A stretch of 64,000 nucleotides of DNA. Source: Candidatus Poribacteria bacterium. Its GTDB lineage: Bacteria > Poribacteria > WGA-4E > WGA-3G. Each line of letters begins with the position of its first letter. The first letter of the stretch is position 1. Position numbers and translations under genes: made by a program. Below, one piece after another: positions 41,954 through 53,186 of this stretch. The stretch lies in contig CBDANF010000003.1 of NCBI GenBank assembly GCA_965197475.1, positions 3,136,001 to 3,200,000 on the forward strand, read 5' to 3'. The notes beneath the pieces were generated by a model, which saw only the letters and a list, made by a program, of their open reading frames with translations, did not search any database and had not been told where the DNA came from.

Positions 41954-44371
41954 ATGCAGAGGGGCCTAAAAAATATATTGGCGATTGCCATTACGCTCGC
42001 GAGTTTGTGGCTTTCTGCCACGACACAAGCTCAGGAAACACTTTTACGTTGGAAAAATGGTGATACGCTTTCCGGTAAGTTATTAGACAGTAAATCAGGG
42101 AAGATTCGTTGGACATCACCTTATTTTGCAGATGAGTTGGTTGTTGACATTAGCGTTTTGGATTCAATTGTTTTCTCCAAACAACCGACAACAGCAACGG
42201 AGACTTTTCGCGTCGGCACCGTATCAGGTGATATCTGGACTGCGGATATTATCGGTTCAGATGAAGACACACTTCTCTTTTCCAGTAAACGTTATGGTAG
42301 GTTTCGAGTGAATCGATCATCAATTTACTTATTTGAAAATCGCGAGCATTCCAACCTCGTTTTTGACGGTTCTCGACTGTCAGCTTGGAAAGCATCTCAG
42401 AAAGGTGAAACTAAAAACCAAAAGCAATTGCCCGATAATAATCAACACACCGGTTGGTATGCCGATAGCGGAGGACATCCGCACACAGATCAAGGCAAAG
42501 CGAACATCTTCTACCCGACTGAATGGCCGAAGCGTTTTGAAATTGACCTTGAACTGGCATCCACGACAGGTTCCCCCGGTTTTGTTTTTGCACTCGGTAA
42601 AAACCTGTACGAGGCGTTGCGGTTAGAAACGTGGGTTAACGAACTCGTAGTTGTTCAAGGCACACTATTTGAACCTATAATGAAAATTGAACCAGATCGC
42701 CATAACTTTCGTTTGCGACTCGCTTATGATCAAGACCTCCGTATGCTAAAGATCCTTGACCTAAATGGCAATTTGCTGTTGGAACTTAACGATGTTAGTC
42801 CCACCGTTGAAGCCTCCGGACTCTATATCTATAATCGAGGGCAAAATCTGACAGTGCGACGGTTAAGGGTCTATCAGCAGTCCGGCAATCTTAAAATTCA
42901 ACAAGTAGATTATTCTAAACCCAGAGTTCACATGATGAATGAGGAAGTCTTCTACGGAAAGTTGTTTGTTGAAAAAGACAAAGGCTATGTCCTCGGCACG
43001 GATGGAACACGATCCGATATTGACCTACTGGAGATTGATCGTGTTGTTCAACTGGGTATGACATTGGCAACAAACAACGAACATCTTGCATTGACATATA
43101 CTGATGGGGCTGTTGTACGGGGAAAGGTTCTGCAATTGAACCCAGATAGTGTTTTACTACAGACATCCTTTGCAGACGAACCAATAACCTGTTCATTCGC
43201 TGGTGCTTCACTATTTCGGCTTGAGTCTAAAGTTGAAACTAAACAACCTATCAAAGATTATGATAAGATGTTTTTTCCAACGGGCAGTCTACGTGGTTAC
43301 GTTATATTTGACAGTAACGACATATCCAGTATCCAATGGCAGCCTGTAGGTGCGTCGGAGCCGGCGCGTCTTGCAAATAACCGATCCGCCCGCATAGAGC
43401 GCAATAATAAACGGATATCAAGACTACAACCTTTTGATGTGAAGATGTTCCCGCATCTATTGCATCTGAAAAATGGAGAAGTCATCCCATGTCAAATCCT
43501 GTCTTACGATGAAACCGCTATCAATTTTCGTTCCCCCTTTATCAGCACGACGCGCATAGACTCAGCTTATATGAAAGGTATTGAGTTTTCCCGCGGAAAA
43601 ACGCATGGTAGGAAGGAAAACCGAAATCCAATTACCATTACAGGTGGAGATAAACATCGCATCATTTTAGAAGATGGCAGAATTCTGGAGGCTACGGTGC
43701 GTAGAAACAAAGATGGTAATAGCCTGGAATTTACAGTAAAAGGCGGCAACCTGGATGTACAGATGTTACAAAATATTAAAATCGTGGGAGACTTCGCGGC
43801 AAATGATTTTGTAACAGCCGCTGCCTTAAAGCGCGGGGTTGAAATCTTGTTTGACCCACTTGAAACCCAAGCTGAGAAGTTGGATGAGAAAGTAGAACGC
43901 GCGTTAACCGTGCCACGTTTCAACCGAGATAATCCACCGAACCATATTCTTGTGGCAAACAACGGTGATTTAAAGCGCGGAAAATTAATCAGTTTCAATG
44001 GAGAGACAATTCAGTTTGAATCAAAACTGAAGAAGATTATCATTCCTATAAACCGGGTGGCTCGAATAATTGATATTAGCGTTGACGATCCCAAGGAATC
44101 AGCAAAAGACGCAGACGATGACCAAAAACCAAAAACCACTCAGTCCGAAGTCCGTTTCGCGTTGATCCACAATCCGATCCTGATTTTTGAACCACTTGAG
44201 GTTAAAGGCGACAACTTGCTTGGACGTTCACCAATTTACGAATCTGTCTCTGTTCCAGTGAACAGTATTCAGTATATCCACTTTGGAGACAAAGCAAAGT
44301 CATTTAAGTCTGTTTTCGCAGAATGGGTCGTCCGCTCGGGAAAAGAACCAGATTACGGTGCTGACCGGTAG
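41954..44371 (+). CDS. Large exported hypothetical protein (Planctomycetes-type, repeated 'NGD.L.GKL' SH3-like modules)
   Basis: AAGGAG RBS, signal peptide, repeats 'WKNGDTLSGKL', 'LKNGEVIPCQI', 'ANNGDLKRGKL'. Confidence 0.7.
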   Translation: MQRGLKNILAIAITLASLWLSATTQAQETLLRWKNGDTLSGKLLDSKSGKIRWTSPYFADELVVDISVLDSIVFSKQPTTATETFRVGTVSGDIWTADIIGSDEDTLLFSSKRYGRFRVNRSSIYLFENREHSNLVFDGSRLSAWKASQKGETKNQKQLPDNNQHTGWYADSGGHPHTDQGKANIFYPTEWPKRFEIDLELASTTGSPGFVFALGKNLYEALRLETWVNELVVVQGTLFEPIMKIEPDRHNFRLRLAYDQDLRMLKILDLNGNLLLELNDVSPTVEASGLYIYNRGQNLTVRRLRVYQQSGNLKIQQVDYSKPRVHMMNEEVFYGKLFVEKDKGYVLGTDGTRSDIDLLEIDRVVQLGMTLATNNEHLALTYTDGAVVRGKVLQLNPDSVLLQTSFADEPITCSFAGASLFRLESKVETKQPIKDYDKMFFPTGSLRGYVIFDSNDISSIQWQPVGASEPARLANNRSARIERNNKRISRLQPFDVKMFPHLLHLKNGEVIPCQILSYDETAINFRSPFISTTRIDSAYMKGIEFSRGKTHGRKENRNPITITGGDKHRIILEDGRILEATVRRNKDGNSLEFTVKGGNLDVQMLQNIKIVGDFAANDFVTAAALKRGVEILFDPLETQAEKLDEKVERALTVPRFNRDNPPNHILVANNGDLKRGKLISFNGETIQFESKLKKIIIPINRVARIIDISVDDPKESAKDADDDQKPKTTQSEVRFALIHNPILIFEPLEVKGDNLLGRSPIYESVSVPVNSIQYIHFGDKAKSFKSVFAEWVVRSGKEPDYGADR

Positions 44372-44516
44372 AATAGTCATCCATAGAAATTTAAGATCGG
44401 AAAAACGAAAATTGCACTTTTTAAAAATTGCATTCTGCTTTATTTCGTGTTATAATGCTAATAACGACTAAAACAGAGTTTTCAACATGGGTACCCTTTA
44501 TCTAAAATTATATTAG

Positions 44517-44639
44517 CAGGACTTACGCAATAGGTTCAAAAGTCCCCTTGATAAGGGGGATTTAGGGGGTTAAAAACACCGAAACAACTACTTTTTAAGT
44601 CCAATACTTCCTTTTTCTCCCCAATTTGCGTAAGTCCTG
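44517..44639. mobile_element. 123-bp MITE
   Basis: TIR CAGGACTTACGCAA / TTGCGTAAGTCCTG; 5-bp direct repeat ATTAG on both sides; inverted homolog at 62874-62994. Confidence 0.85.
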
Positions 44640-44653
44640 ATTAGATAACTCTG

Positions 44654-44733
44654 GTTTAGTCGCCAAGGGTGCCTGTTCCTTTTTAAGCAGGTGGGAAAGA
44701 CCACCGCAGGAACAGGTACCCTGGCGACTAAAC
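44654..44733 (+). ncRNA. Candidate structured RNA / leader hairpin
   Basis: 26-bp stem (one bulge, one G-U) enclosing a GGUGG-GAAAGA-CCACC hairpin. Confidence 0.45.
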
Positions 44734-44783
44734 ACAACACCATACAATGTGCACGTGTGGTAGAACTCACAACAAGGAGGTCT

Positions 44784-45548
44784 ATGATGGCACGTAACAT
44801 CATACCCTACAAATGGATAATCGGCGGCGTTGCGCTGCTGATTATCGTTGCCGGTGCGTGTTATTTATGGTACCAACACGACACGGCACCGGACAGAAAA
44901 GCAGCAGCGAAATCTGCTGAAATGGCACGCCAATGGGAAATAGACCAAAAGGCGGATGCAAACAACGTGCCGAAAAACGAAACCAAACCCCCTGCGGATA
45001 GCACCACGCCAACCGCGGAGAAACCCATAACAACCGATGCGATGGTGACTACAGATGCCGAAGCAATAGAGGCACAAGGCGAAACCGAAACGGCAACAGA
45101 CATTCGCGTGTCACCATTCGGGTTTGGTCCTTACCCAGAACTGCCACCCGACTTTCCACATCAAGATATGTTTGATCCACCGAACCCGAACGACCCATAT
45201 AAAGACGATCCAAATTACGAATTAATGTATCGTCTTTGGGTAGAGTTATGGAAACGTGGTGAGAAAGTTGAAGGCTTCGGGACGCTAAAGTCAACCGGGC
45301 TATTTTACCCAACGATACGTGGCACAATCTACGTTAAATGGGGACCGCGTTGGAAGATTTTTGGGCATGAAGTCGGAAGAAAAATTCGATATGTAGATGG
45401 ACATCCGGATGATATCGAAGCCCTCCGTGCCCGTAGAAGTGATGAAACCGGTTTATTAGAAAGCGACATTCCCCCTGGCATAAAAGTTTTAGATATATCA
45501 GAAGGAATTAATCCTTATACTTTTTTAGACTTACCGAAACCTAAATAA
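44784..45548 (+). CDS. Membrane-anchored hypothetical protein
   Basis: AAGGAGG RBS before ATG 44784; N-terminal TM helix; 'VSPFGFGPYPELPPDFP' motif. Confidence 0.75.
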   Translation: MMARNIIPYKWIIGGVALLIIVAGACYLWYQHDTAPDRKAAAKSAEMARQWEIDQKADANNVPKNETKPPADSTTPTAEKPITTDAMVTTDAEAIEAQGETETATDIRVSPFGFGPYPELPPDFPHQDMFDPPNPNDPYKDDPNYELMYRLWVELWKRGEKVEGFGTLKSTGLFYPTIRGTIYVKWGPRWKIFGHEVGRKIRYVDGHPDDIEALRARRSDETGLLESDIPPGIKVLDISEGINPYTFLDLPKPK

Positions 45549-45559
45549 AGGAGAAACAG

Positions 45560-46596
45560 ATGAGAAAAGTGTTTTGTATAATCGCAATACTTGCTTCAAT
45601 ATTGACAATCCAATCCGACATTCGTTCCCACAACTATGTCTCCAATGAGGGCAAAAAGAGAGTAAGTCTTATACCTGGAGAGGTACGGTTTGGAAGGTGC
45701 AGATGCTTGGATCAGATTATGAAGGGGCTCTCTTAACGCATGTCCGTGTGACTGCAGCACAACTGGATTGGGCACATGAGCTCGTCGCCTACGCCTCGTT
45801 TTCATCAGGCTATGAGTACTCAAATGTTAAAGGTACCTGGCATCTGATAGCGCAGCTCGAGCATAGCTGGGCAACAGACGAAGAACCTTATGACAAGGAA
45901 GGTAAAATCGTAGGGAAAAAAGGCGGCATGAGTGAACATGGTAGTCAAAAGGATAGAGACTGGTTAACTACATACGATCCGTCGATCACCATTTGGGATT
46001 GTGATGCGTTTGCTAAGGCAAAAGTCTACCATCCCACCGAAAATAAACATTATAGGGCTGTCGCGGCTCCCTTTTTCTCTACTACGTCAACATTGATCAG
46101 AAAGAGACCTGGAGACATTAGTCCTGATGAGGAGGAGGATATTATCGATATCCCTGACCGCACTCCTGATGATGATGACGATGATGATGATGATCCAGTT
46201 ACCCCCTTCCCAGATCCTACCCCCGCCCCCCGCATTTACCTTGTCAATGCAGACCAGATACCCGAACCCGGAGACAGTGCTACACTGACTCTTGTCACCA
46301 GTGAACCTTATTACAATGTAAGTTGGTATGTGAAGGCACCGTGGGAGACAAATGCCCGTGGAACATATATAGAAGATGACTACGGTGACGGCACATCAAC
46401 GACAGCATCGCTCACCTACACGTTTCCAAGCGGATCCATGCATACCGGAGATTTTCTGATAACCGCGAGCATTTACCGATGGTCCGACATGTCTGAGTAT
46501 GGTGAGGAAACCTATACCGTGACTGTGGATATGACACCAAATTGTAGCGACTGCACAGACGAGAGTATCAATTGTCCTAATGCAAACAACCACTGA
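45560..46596 (+). CDS. Secreted hypothetical protein with acidic/Pro linker; frameshift in an A-run at about 45655
   Basis: AAGGAG RBS + signal peptide MRKVFCIIAILASILT; one extra A joins it to the 45697-46596 frame. Confidence 0.6.
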
Positions 46597-46798
46597 CGGT
46601 GCTTTTTTCCTTTGAACAACAGGCAGGTATCCTTTTTGGGTATCTGCCTGTTTCTTTTTCGGTGCGTTGTAGTGTTTCTTTGCTCGCTCGGCACTTGTGC
46701 TTATACCAAATTAACCCGATTTGTAGCGCAAGGTCTCTGGGTTCTCCTCGCAATGCTGACTTTATCAGAAAAATAATAATAACGTTAATTTGGTATTA

Positions 46799-46921
46799 TA
46801 CCATTTCTATTTGAAAAACTTACATAACGACTATTCTTTAAAAGTCCCCCTGATAAGGGGGACTTAGGGGGTTTCTTCCACGGACAAATCCCTAATGAAA
46901 AATAATTTATTAGAAATGGTA
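46799..46921. mobile_element. 123-bp MITE with IS630-type ends
   Basis: TIR TACCATTTCT / AGAAATGGTA, the same as the IS630 at 51039-53186; flanked by TTA on both sides. Confidence 0.8.
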
Positions 46922-46981
46922 TTAGTAGTAGGCTTGCCAACCTGCTATAGTTGCGTCATTTCGTTTTAGCAACCATGAAAA

Positions 46982-48478
46982 CTACTCATTAGGTGCAGAA
47001 ATCGTTTCCCATTCAGGCCAAATCTCTATTGCAGATTCTGGCAAAATAGTTACTGCTCCCTTTTGGCTGACAAGTTCAACACGCAAGTCGTTTTGCCCCA
47101 CTTTTCTCTCTAATGGCAGTAACCAATAAGCGTGATACATATCCCCATCAACATGGCCACCGACACAAATATCTTCAATATGCTGAAAGACGATGTGCGT
47201 GTTACCTTTCAACTCTTGGATATTTTGACCGTTTTGCTTAATCCGAAGCACAAGCGAAGATGATACTGAATTCAACCAATCCGCCCGAAGGAATAGAATC
47301 GGTTGACCGTCCTCCTCAGCGATGTTGAAGTTTGATTCAACAGCATTCTGCCCTTGTGATTTGAGAAATACCACGGATTCGACCAGCGGATGCTTGGCAA
47401 AAACTGGATCGGCTATTCCTTGATGTAGACAGGCAAAAGGCGAACCATACGCGTGCCACTCAAGAAACGTCAGTAGGTGTGTTCGCATATCTCCCGCAAA
47501 CTTGTGTATAGTCTCTACCTGTTCAAGTTCTAATAATATCTCAGGAAGCAGAGTCACGCGTGCGTATTCGGCGCGTGCTTCGGTAAAAAGTTTGGCAACA
47601 GACCAGTCTGGATGTGTTTTGTAAGCATTCAGAAAATGCATAATTAGTTGATTCGTATACCGTGCAGGAATCATTCCCGGAACAACAGCAGTACTGCCGA
47701 GGTAGGTGCGACAACCGTTATTCAAAAATGCTCGTAAAAGCGATGAACCGGGCGGTGTGGTTGCACATCCGTTAATAATCGCAATCGGATGTCGTGGCAA
47801 TGCTGGCATGCCTTTCGTTGTCACAAAGTCTTCACCGAACCGATTGCTCAAATTTTGCGGACTGCCATGTCCAAAATGGATAATCAAATCCGACTGCGGC
47901 AGACGTTTCGTTCCACCTCTGCCGATCACTTTGACCTGATGTCCCTGTTGTGCCAACACATCAAGAAACTGCTGCGTTTCCAAATGGATACGGGTATCCT
48001 CCGAGCACATAATCGTCGCATCCGGTCCACAGGATTCGGCAGTTTTGCTCAGTTGCCGCTTCATCGCCTCAGGATTCCCAAGCATCCGTGCCGTCACAAC
48101 TTCAGGAAGACCATCGCCATTCAAATCCGCATAAAAAGAATCGGTGTGGAGGCGCGTCCCACCCAAGCCAATTTCCCACATCGGAATAATGGATTCATCT
48201 CCCAACAATATCAGATAATCCAGTTCTCCACCAGTTTTCGAGATTATTTCAGCTTTGATTTCCTTTGCCATTGCTGTTAGATTGGAATTTGGATACGCGG
48301 GTATTGTAATATGTTGGCCTGTCTTTTCTTGGTAAACTTCATCAATATCAAGTATCTCAGCACTATGCCTACGAGCAAATGATTCAATGGCTTTCTGAAT
48401 ATCCAACACATCTACGGGATAGGCATTTGTAAGTGCAATCATATTAACCACTATTAATATCTTCATTGAAATCTCCAT
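46982..48478 (-). CDS. Peptidase C25 (gingipain)-like protein
   Basis: 'YLILLGDESIIP', 'TDSFYADLNGDGLPE..ARM', catalytic 'GHGS' and 'NGC'. Confidence 0.7.
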   Translation of the reverse strand: MEISMKILIVVNMIALTNAYPVDVLDIQKAIESFARRHSAEILDIDEVYQEKTGQHITIPAYPNSNLTAMAKEIKAEIISKTGGELDYLILLGDESIIPMWEIGLGGTRLHTDSFYADLNGDGLPEVVTARMLGNPEAMKRQLSKTAESCGPDATIMCSEDTRIHLETQQFLDVLAQQGHQVKVIGRGGTKRLPQSDLIIHFGHGSPQNLSNRFGEDFVTTKGMPALPRHPIAIINGCATTPPGSSLLRAFLNNGCRTYLGSTAVVPGMIPARYTNQLIMHFLNAYKTHPDWSVAKLFTEARAEYARVTLLPEILLELEQVETIHKFAGDMRTHLLTFLEWHAYGSPFACLHQGIADPVFAKHPLVESVVFLKSQGQNAVESNFNIAEEDGQPILFLRADWLNSVSSSLVLRIKQNGQNIQELKGNTHIVFQHIEDICVGGHVDGDMYHAYWLLPLERKVGQNDLRVELVSQKGAVTILPESAIEIWPEWETISAPNE

Positions 48479-48650
48479 GTTTTCTTTTCTATTTGCACTA
48501 TTAGCATACCAACATAATCGCTATTTTTCAAGTCCAAATTGGGAACCGTAAAATTTTTCTTACTTGAAAGGCAAAGATTTGATAAAATAGTTGATAACTT
48601 ACGAACTTCAATAAACGCAGTTTACTCGGTAGGAACGGAAAGGAATAACA

Positions 48651-50111
48651 ATGGAAAAACGTCCAAATATCCTATGGTATTGTACAGATCAACAACGTTT
48701 TGACACCATCGGAGCGTTAGGAAATCCACATATCCACACCCCAAGACTTGACGAATTTGTTCGTCAATCAACAGCATTCACCCATGCCTATTGCCAATCT
48801 CCGATTTGCACACCTTCTCGTGCGAGTTTTATGACCGGCATGTATCCTTCAGCTGTGAGTGTTACCGGAAACGGCAACCCGGTTTTTCCGCAATATTACG
48901 AAGACCGACTTATCTCTCATGTGCTCGCACAAAACGGTTACGACTGCGGTTTGATTGGCAAACTTCATCTCGCAAGTGCGTTTGATGGACAAGAACACCG
49001 CGTGAACGATGGCTACCGCTACTTTCAATATAGCCACGACCACGGAAAGCCAAACGCATTCGGACACGAATATGCAGATTGGCTACGCTCACAAGGTGAG
49101 GAGCTTGGTAAACTGCTGCAACAGCGAGTGGTCGTCCAAAAGCCAAAGAAAAATACTGGACGTTTTCCTGAACCGACACCTGAATGCAATAATATCCCAC
49201 CCCATCTCCATCAGACTTATTGGTGCACCGAAAAAACGATCGAATTTATCAACAAAAATCGCCGGAAAAATCAGCCGTGGATGCTAAACATCAATCCGTT
49301 TGACCCTCACCCTGGTTTTGACGCACCCTGGGAATATTATCGGCGGTATGACCCAGAGACACTGCCTGGTTCTCACTTTCAGGAAAGCGACATACCCTTT
49401 CAGTCCAAATTAACTGATGCTGGCATCGATTTTCAATCTCAGGCGAAACCACCTTCAGAGTGGGATGATAAGCAGATGCAGGCTTCCTATTATGCCATGA
49501 TTGAACAGATTGACGATGAGTTTGGACGTATACTTGACCACCTTGATGCTGAAGGGCTTCGTGAAAACACCATCGTTATTTTCACTTCCGATCACGGAGA
49601 ATTGCTTGGGGACCACGGGTTGGCATACAAAGGATGCCGTTTTTATGAAGGATTGGCAAGGGTGCCGCTTATCATCTCTTGTCCAATACACTTCTTGCAA
49701 AACGTTCAAAGCGATGTGCTCGTTGAACTACTTGATATTGTCCCCACACTATATGATGTGTTAGGTATGGAGATACCCTATTATGTGCAGGGTAGATCAC
49801 TCGCGCCACTACTACGTGGTGATGTTTCTATCAGCGAACATCGAGAAGCTGTCCGTTGCGAATTTTTCGGAGCACTTTCAACACCTGACCAAACCCATGC
49901 CACAATGTATCGAAACCGACGTTGGAAACTCGTTGTGTATCATCAGAAAGGGATTTGCGAACTGTATGATCTTGATAACGATCCTTGGGAACACAACGAC
50001 CTCTCTGACGATGCCGATTACCAAGCCATCAAGTGGGAACTCATGCAAAAGAGTTTTGACGCAACCGTCTATGCACATCCACAGATGATACCTCGTGTCG
50101 CTTCACACTAA
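48651..50111 (+). CDS. Formylglycine-dependent sulfatase
   Basis: 'RPNILWYCTDQQR', CTPSR (CxPxR), 'GKLHL', 'TSDHGE', 'ELYDL..DPWE'. Confidence 0.95.
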   Translation: MEKRPNILWYCTDQQRFDTIGALGNPHIHTPRLDEFVRQSTAFTHAYCQSPICTPSRASFMTGMYPSAVSVTGNGNPVFPQYYEDRLISHVLAQNGYDCGLIGKLHLASAFDGQEHRVNDGYRYFQYSHDHGKPNAFGHEYADWLRSQGEELGKLLQQRVVVQKPKKNTGRFPEPTPECNNIPPHLHQTYWCTEKTIEFINKNRRKNQPWMLNINPFDPHPGFDAPWEYYRRYDPETLPGSHFQESDIPFQSKLTDAGIDFQSQAKPPSEWDDKQMQASYYAMIEQIDDEFGRILDHLDAEGLRENTIVIFTSDHGELLGDHGLAYKGCRFYEGLARVPLIISCPIHFLQNVQSDVLVELLDIVPTLYDVLGMEIPYYVQGRSLAPLLRGDVSISEHREAVRCEFFGALSTPDQTHATMYRNRRWKLVVYHQKGICELYDLDNDPWEHNDLSDDADYQAIKWELMQKSFDATVYAHPQMIPRVASH

Positions 50112-50165
50112 CGTACTGTCTACTTTCAACATTAAAAATTATGCCCAAAACGAGGTGGAAAATAG

Positions 50166-51038
50166 ATGACCTTGAGAGCACTTCTAATCGGTTTAGCACT
50201 CGTCATCTTACAAACCGCAATTACACCTTACAACGACTACTACCTCCAAGGAACAGACATAGCCGGAAATCACTTTCCTTTAGGGGCAGTATTTACACTG
50301 ATTTTTCTTACGATTGCCATCAACCCAATTCTAAAGAAGGTATTTCCTCGCGCAACGTTAAAACCAGTGGAGTTGATAATAATATGGGTGATGATGGGGG
50401 TAAGTTCAGCGATTCCGTCGAAAGGGATGATAGGGTTTTTACTTCCCAACTTGGCTGCACCGGTCTATTTTGCCACGTCTGAAAACGAATGGGCAGAAAC
50501 GCTACATCCACACTTACCCGAATGGTTAATAGTGTGGGATAAACACGCCGTTACAAATTTTTATGAGGGAGAGTCGTTTGTTCCGTGGGCACTCTGGGTA
50601 AAGCCTCTTTTAGTATGGACAGTTTTCATCATCCTGCTCTATTGTGTAACAATCTGTGTATCGATTGTTGTGCGAAAACAGTGGATAGAACGCGAAAGAT
50701 TTATTTTTCCACTCGTTACTGTTCCCGTAGAGATGGTTCAGCAAACCTCAACGCACGGTAATCTGGATGGTTTTTTTAAGAATCGGCTCGTATGGATAGG
50801 GTTTGGGATCGCCGCAGCATTTCATCTGCTCAATGGTCTGCACGAATATTTCCCCGCACTTCCCTCTATTCCGAATCGGTATGACCTTTACACACCATTT
50901 ACAGAACGTCCGTGGGTTGTGATAGGTTGGTGGCCCCAATTTCGGTTCTTTCTCTATTTTTCCGTCATAGGGATAACCTACTTTCTCGCTATGGAGGTGT
51001 CGTTTAGCTGTTGGTTTTTCTTTCTGTTCTTCAAGTTA
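50166..51038 (+). pseudogene. Polytopic membrane protein (DUF6785-like), 3'-truncated by IS630
   Basis: 'RKQWIERERFIFPL', 'LNGLHEYFPALPSIP'; the frame runs into the IS630 TIR. Confidence 0.7.
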
Positions 51039-53186
51039 TACCATTTCTTGTATATATTTATCCTTCGCTCATGTCAAGAGTAAGTGCTTTTGACGAGTTT
51101 TGCTATAAAATCAACACTGACAGCTTTTAGATTCATGACGAACTCACAGATTGCGACGTAACCGGCGAGGAACTTTTTATGAACGCCACGAAAGGGACGA
51201 AGGAAGTTTCGCAGCGTCGTCCAGACACCTTCAATCGTCCTTGTATGGATCTCGTAAAGACCATCACCGTCTGCGTCTCTTGCCCACTCGCCATCCTTAT
51301 GGAGAACAATCTCACGGGCGCGCTGAATACGGTTATAGCCACGCCAACCATCCGTATACACCGTTGAAGTCGGCAACGTCCACTGATGAACGTGTGTTGA
51401 AAGCGTCGCAGAATCGGTGTGCCGCACAACACGTAATCTCAGGAGACCGCTTTCGCGACCTTTCGTCCCAACAATAGGCGGACGATCATTGTCATAAGTC
51501 CCATGTCCCCTGCGTTTATTGCCACGCCGACGCGGCGGATCCGAAGCATCAACGTGCTTATCGCCTTTTTCACCGGCGTTTTGAAACATCTCATCTGTTT
51601 CGACTTCAGCATCAGGTAAAGCAGCTTCGGGTTGTATCTGCTCTGCCGAAGTTTGGAGTTTACGTCTTATAGAAAGAACGGTTTGACGACTTAGACCCAG
51701 TTCACGCCCGAGTTGTGCACTTGAAACACCTTGACAGACACCGCGCAAAAGCAGAACGACCTGTGAGGGACGAAACTGCGTGCCAGCAAAGACCGTCCCG
51801 GTATAGAGGTTGTAGATGCTCTCACAGTGTTTGCAGCGATACACTTGTAGACCACTTGTTTCAGTCGGACGGAACTTGCGTGCCTCCGCCACGCTCGCTT
51901 GGCATTTTGGGCAACACAGCCCTTGAGGGTGGAAATGATCCAACACCCACGCTTGAGTTTTTTCTTCATCCATGAGAGATTGTATTGGAAAGTCCATAGG
52001 TAACACGCTAACATAACTTTGAAAAAATAGCACTTACTTTTTACATGAGCCTTTATCCTTTTAAAAGTTTTCAATTTCTGCTATACTTTTTCCAATTATA
52101 CAAATCATAGGATTGATACCAATGCACATAAAGCCTCCAGAGATTACAGAAAGTGTTTCAGAGTTGAAAAGCCTGTTGAGAAAGACATCAGTAGGTTATC
52201 AAAAGCAAAGATTGACAGCCCTTTACCTATTTCGTAGTGGTCAAGCAATAACTCGCAAGCAAGTCGCTGAGAGGTTAGGTGTCAGCCGAAAAACGATTGG
52301 ACACTGGATAGCGACTTATGAGACTAAAGGACTTGATGCGCTTTTGGATCGTGATTATTCCCCGGGCGTCCCCCTCGGTTATCCAAAGAACAACAAGAGC
52401 TGCTGCGAGCGGAACTTCAAAAACCAGAAGGTTTTTCCAGTTATCAACAGATAACAGATTATATTGAAGAAACCTTCGGTGTCCAAATGCACTATAAAAC
52501 AGTTCATGCGTTAGTTCGGTATAAATGGAATGCGAAACTCAAAGTGCCTCGCAAAAGTCATAAAAAAAACGATGTAGCGTGTGATGCGTTCGTTGCTAAC
52601 TTCGCTACCAAAGTTGAGGAGGTGATTTCGGAGAAGGCATCTTCTTTTCAAAGCGTCCGACTTTTTTGCCAAGACGAGTCAAGGTGTGGTCTTTTGCCTG
52701 TGTCGTCTCGGCGTCCCACTTTACGCGGTGTTAAACCGATTGCCAATGTTGATCACACTTACCAGAGCCTTTATCTATACGGAGCTGTGGAACCGATAAC
52801 AGGAGAAAGTTTCTTCCTTGAAATGCCCTGGCTCAATGGTGTCTGTTTCCAAGTATTCATTGATGAGTTAGCAAAGACTTTTCCAAAGACGCTAAATGTC
52901 CTTGTGCTTGATAATGGTCGTTTTCATCAGGCGAAATCGCTACAACTTCCTGACAATATCGCCTTGATTTTTCTACCCCCTTATAGTCCAGAGTTGAACC
53001 CGATCGAAAGACTCTGGCAAGACATCAAAGCCAAATTGTTTCAGCACACATTGGGGTCAATAGAGGAAATGCAGGACAAAATCACACAAATCTTGAGAAA
53101 GTATACGAAGGCAGCTATTGCTCAAATCACAAATTTTAAATATTTCACGAAAGTCGCAAATGGAATATAATTATTCAGAAATGGTA
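51039..53186 (+). mobile_element. IS630-family element (transposase 52113-53170, frameshifted at about 52370) carrying a nested IS1595
   Basis: TIR TACCATTTCT / AGAAATGGTA; 'QDESR', 'LDNGRFH', 'LPPYSPELNPIE'. Confidence 0.85.
51074..52043 (-). mobile_element. IS1595-family (ISXO2-like) element nested in IS630
   Basis: IR TCAAGAGTAAGTGCT / AGCACTTACTTTTTA; CATG on both sides; Zn ribbon CPKC...CKHC, 'ETDEM', 'TDGW', 'TIEGVW'. Confidence 0.85.

Noticed and set aside
45645-45662. Homopolymer frameshifts (45655, 52370, 55665, 56630, 60093) as programmed frameshifting or phase variation
   Set aside because: The runs are short and scattered over unrelated genes; sequencing error or drift cannot be excluded without reads.
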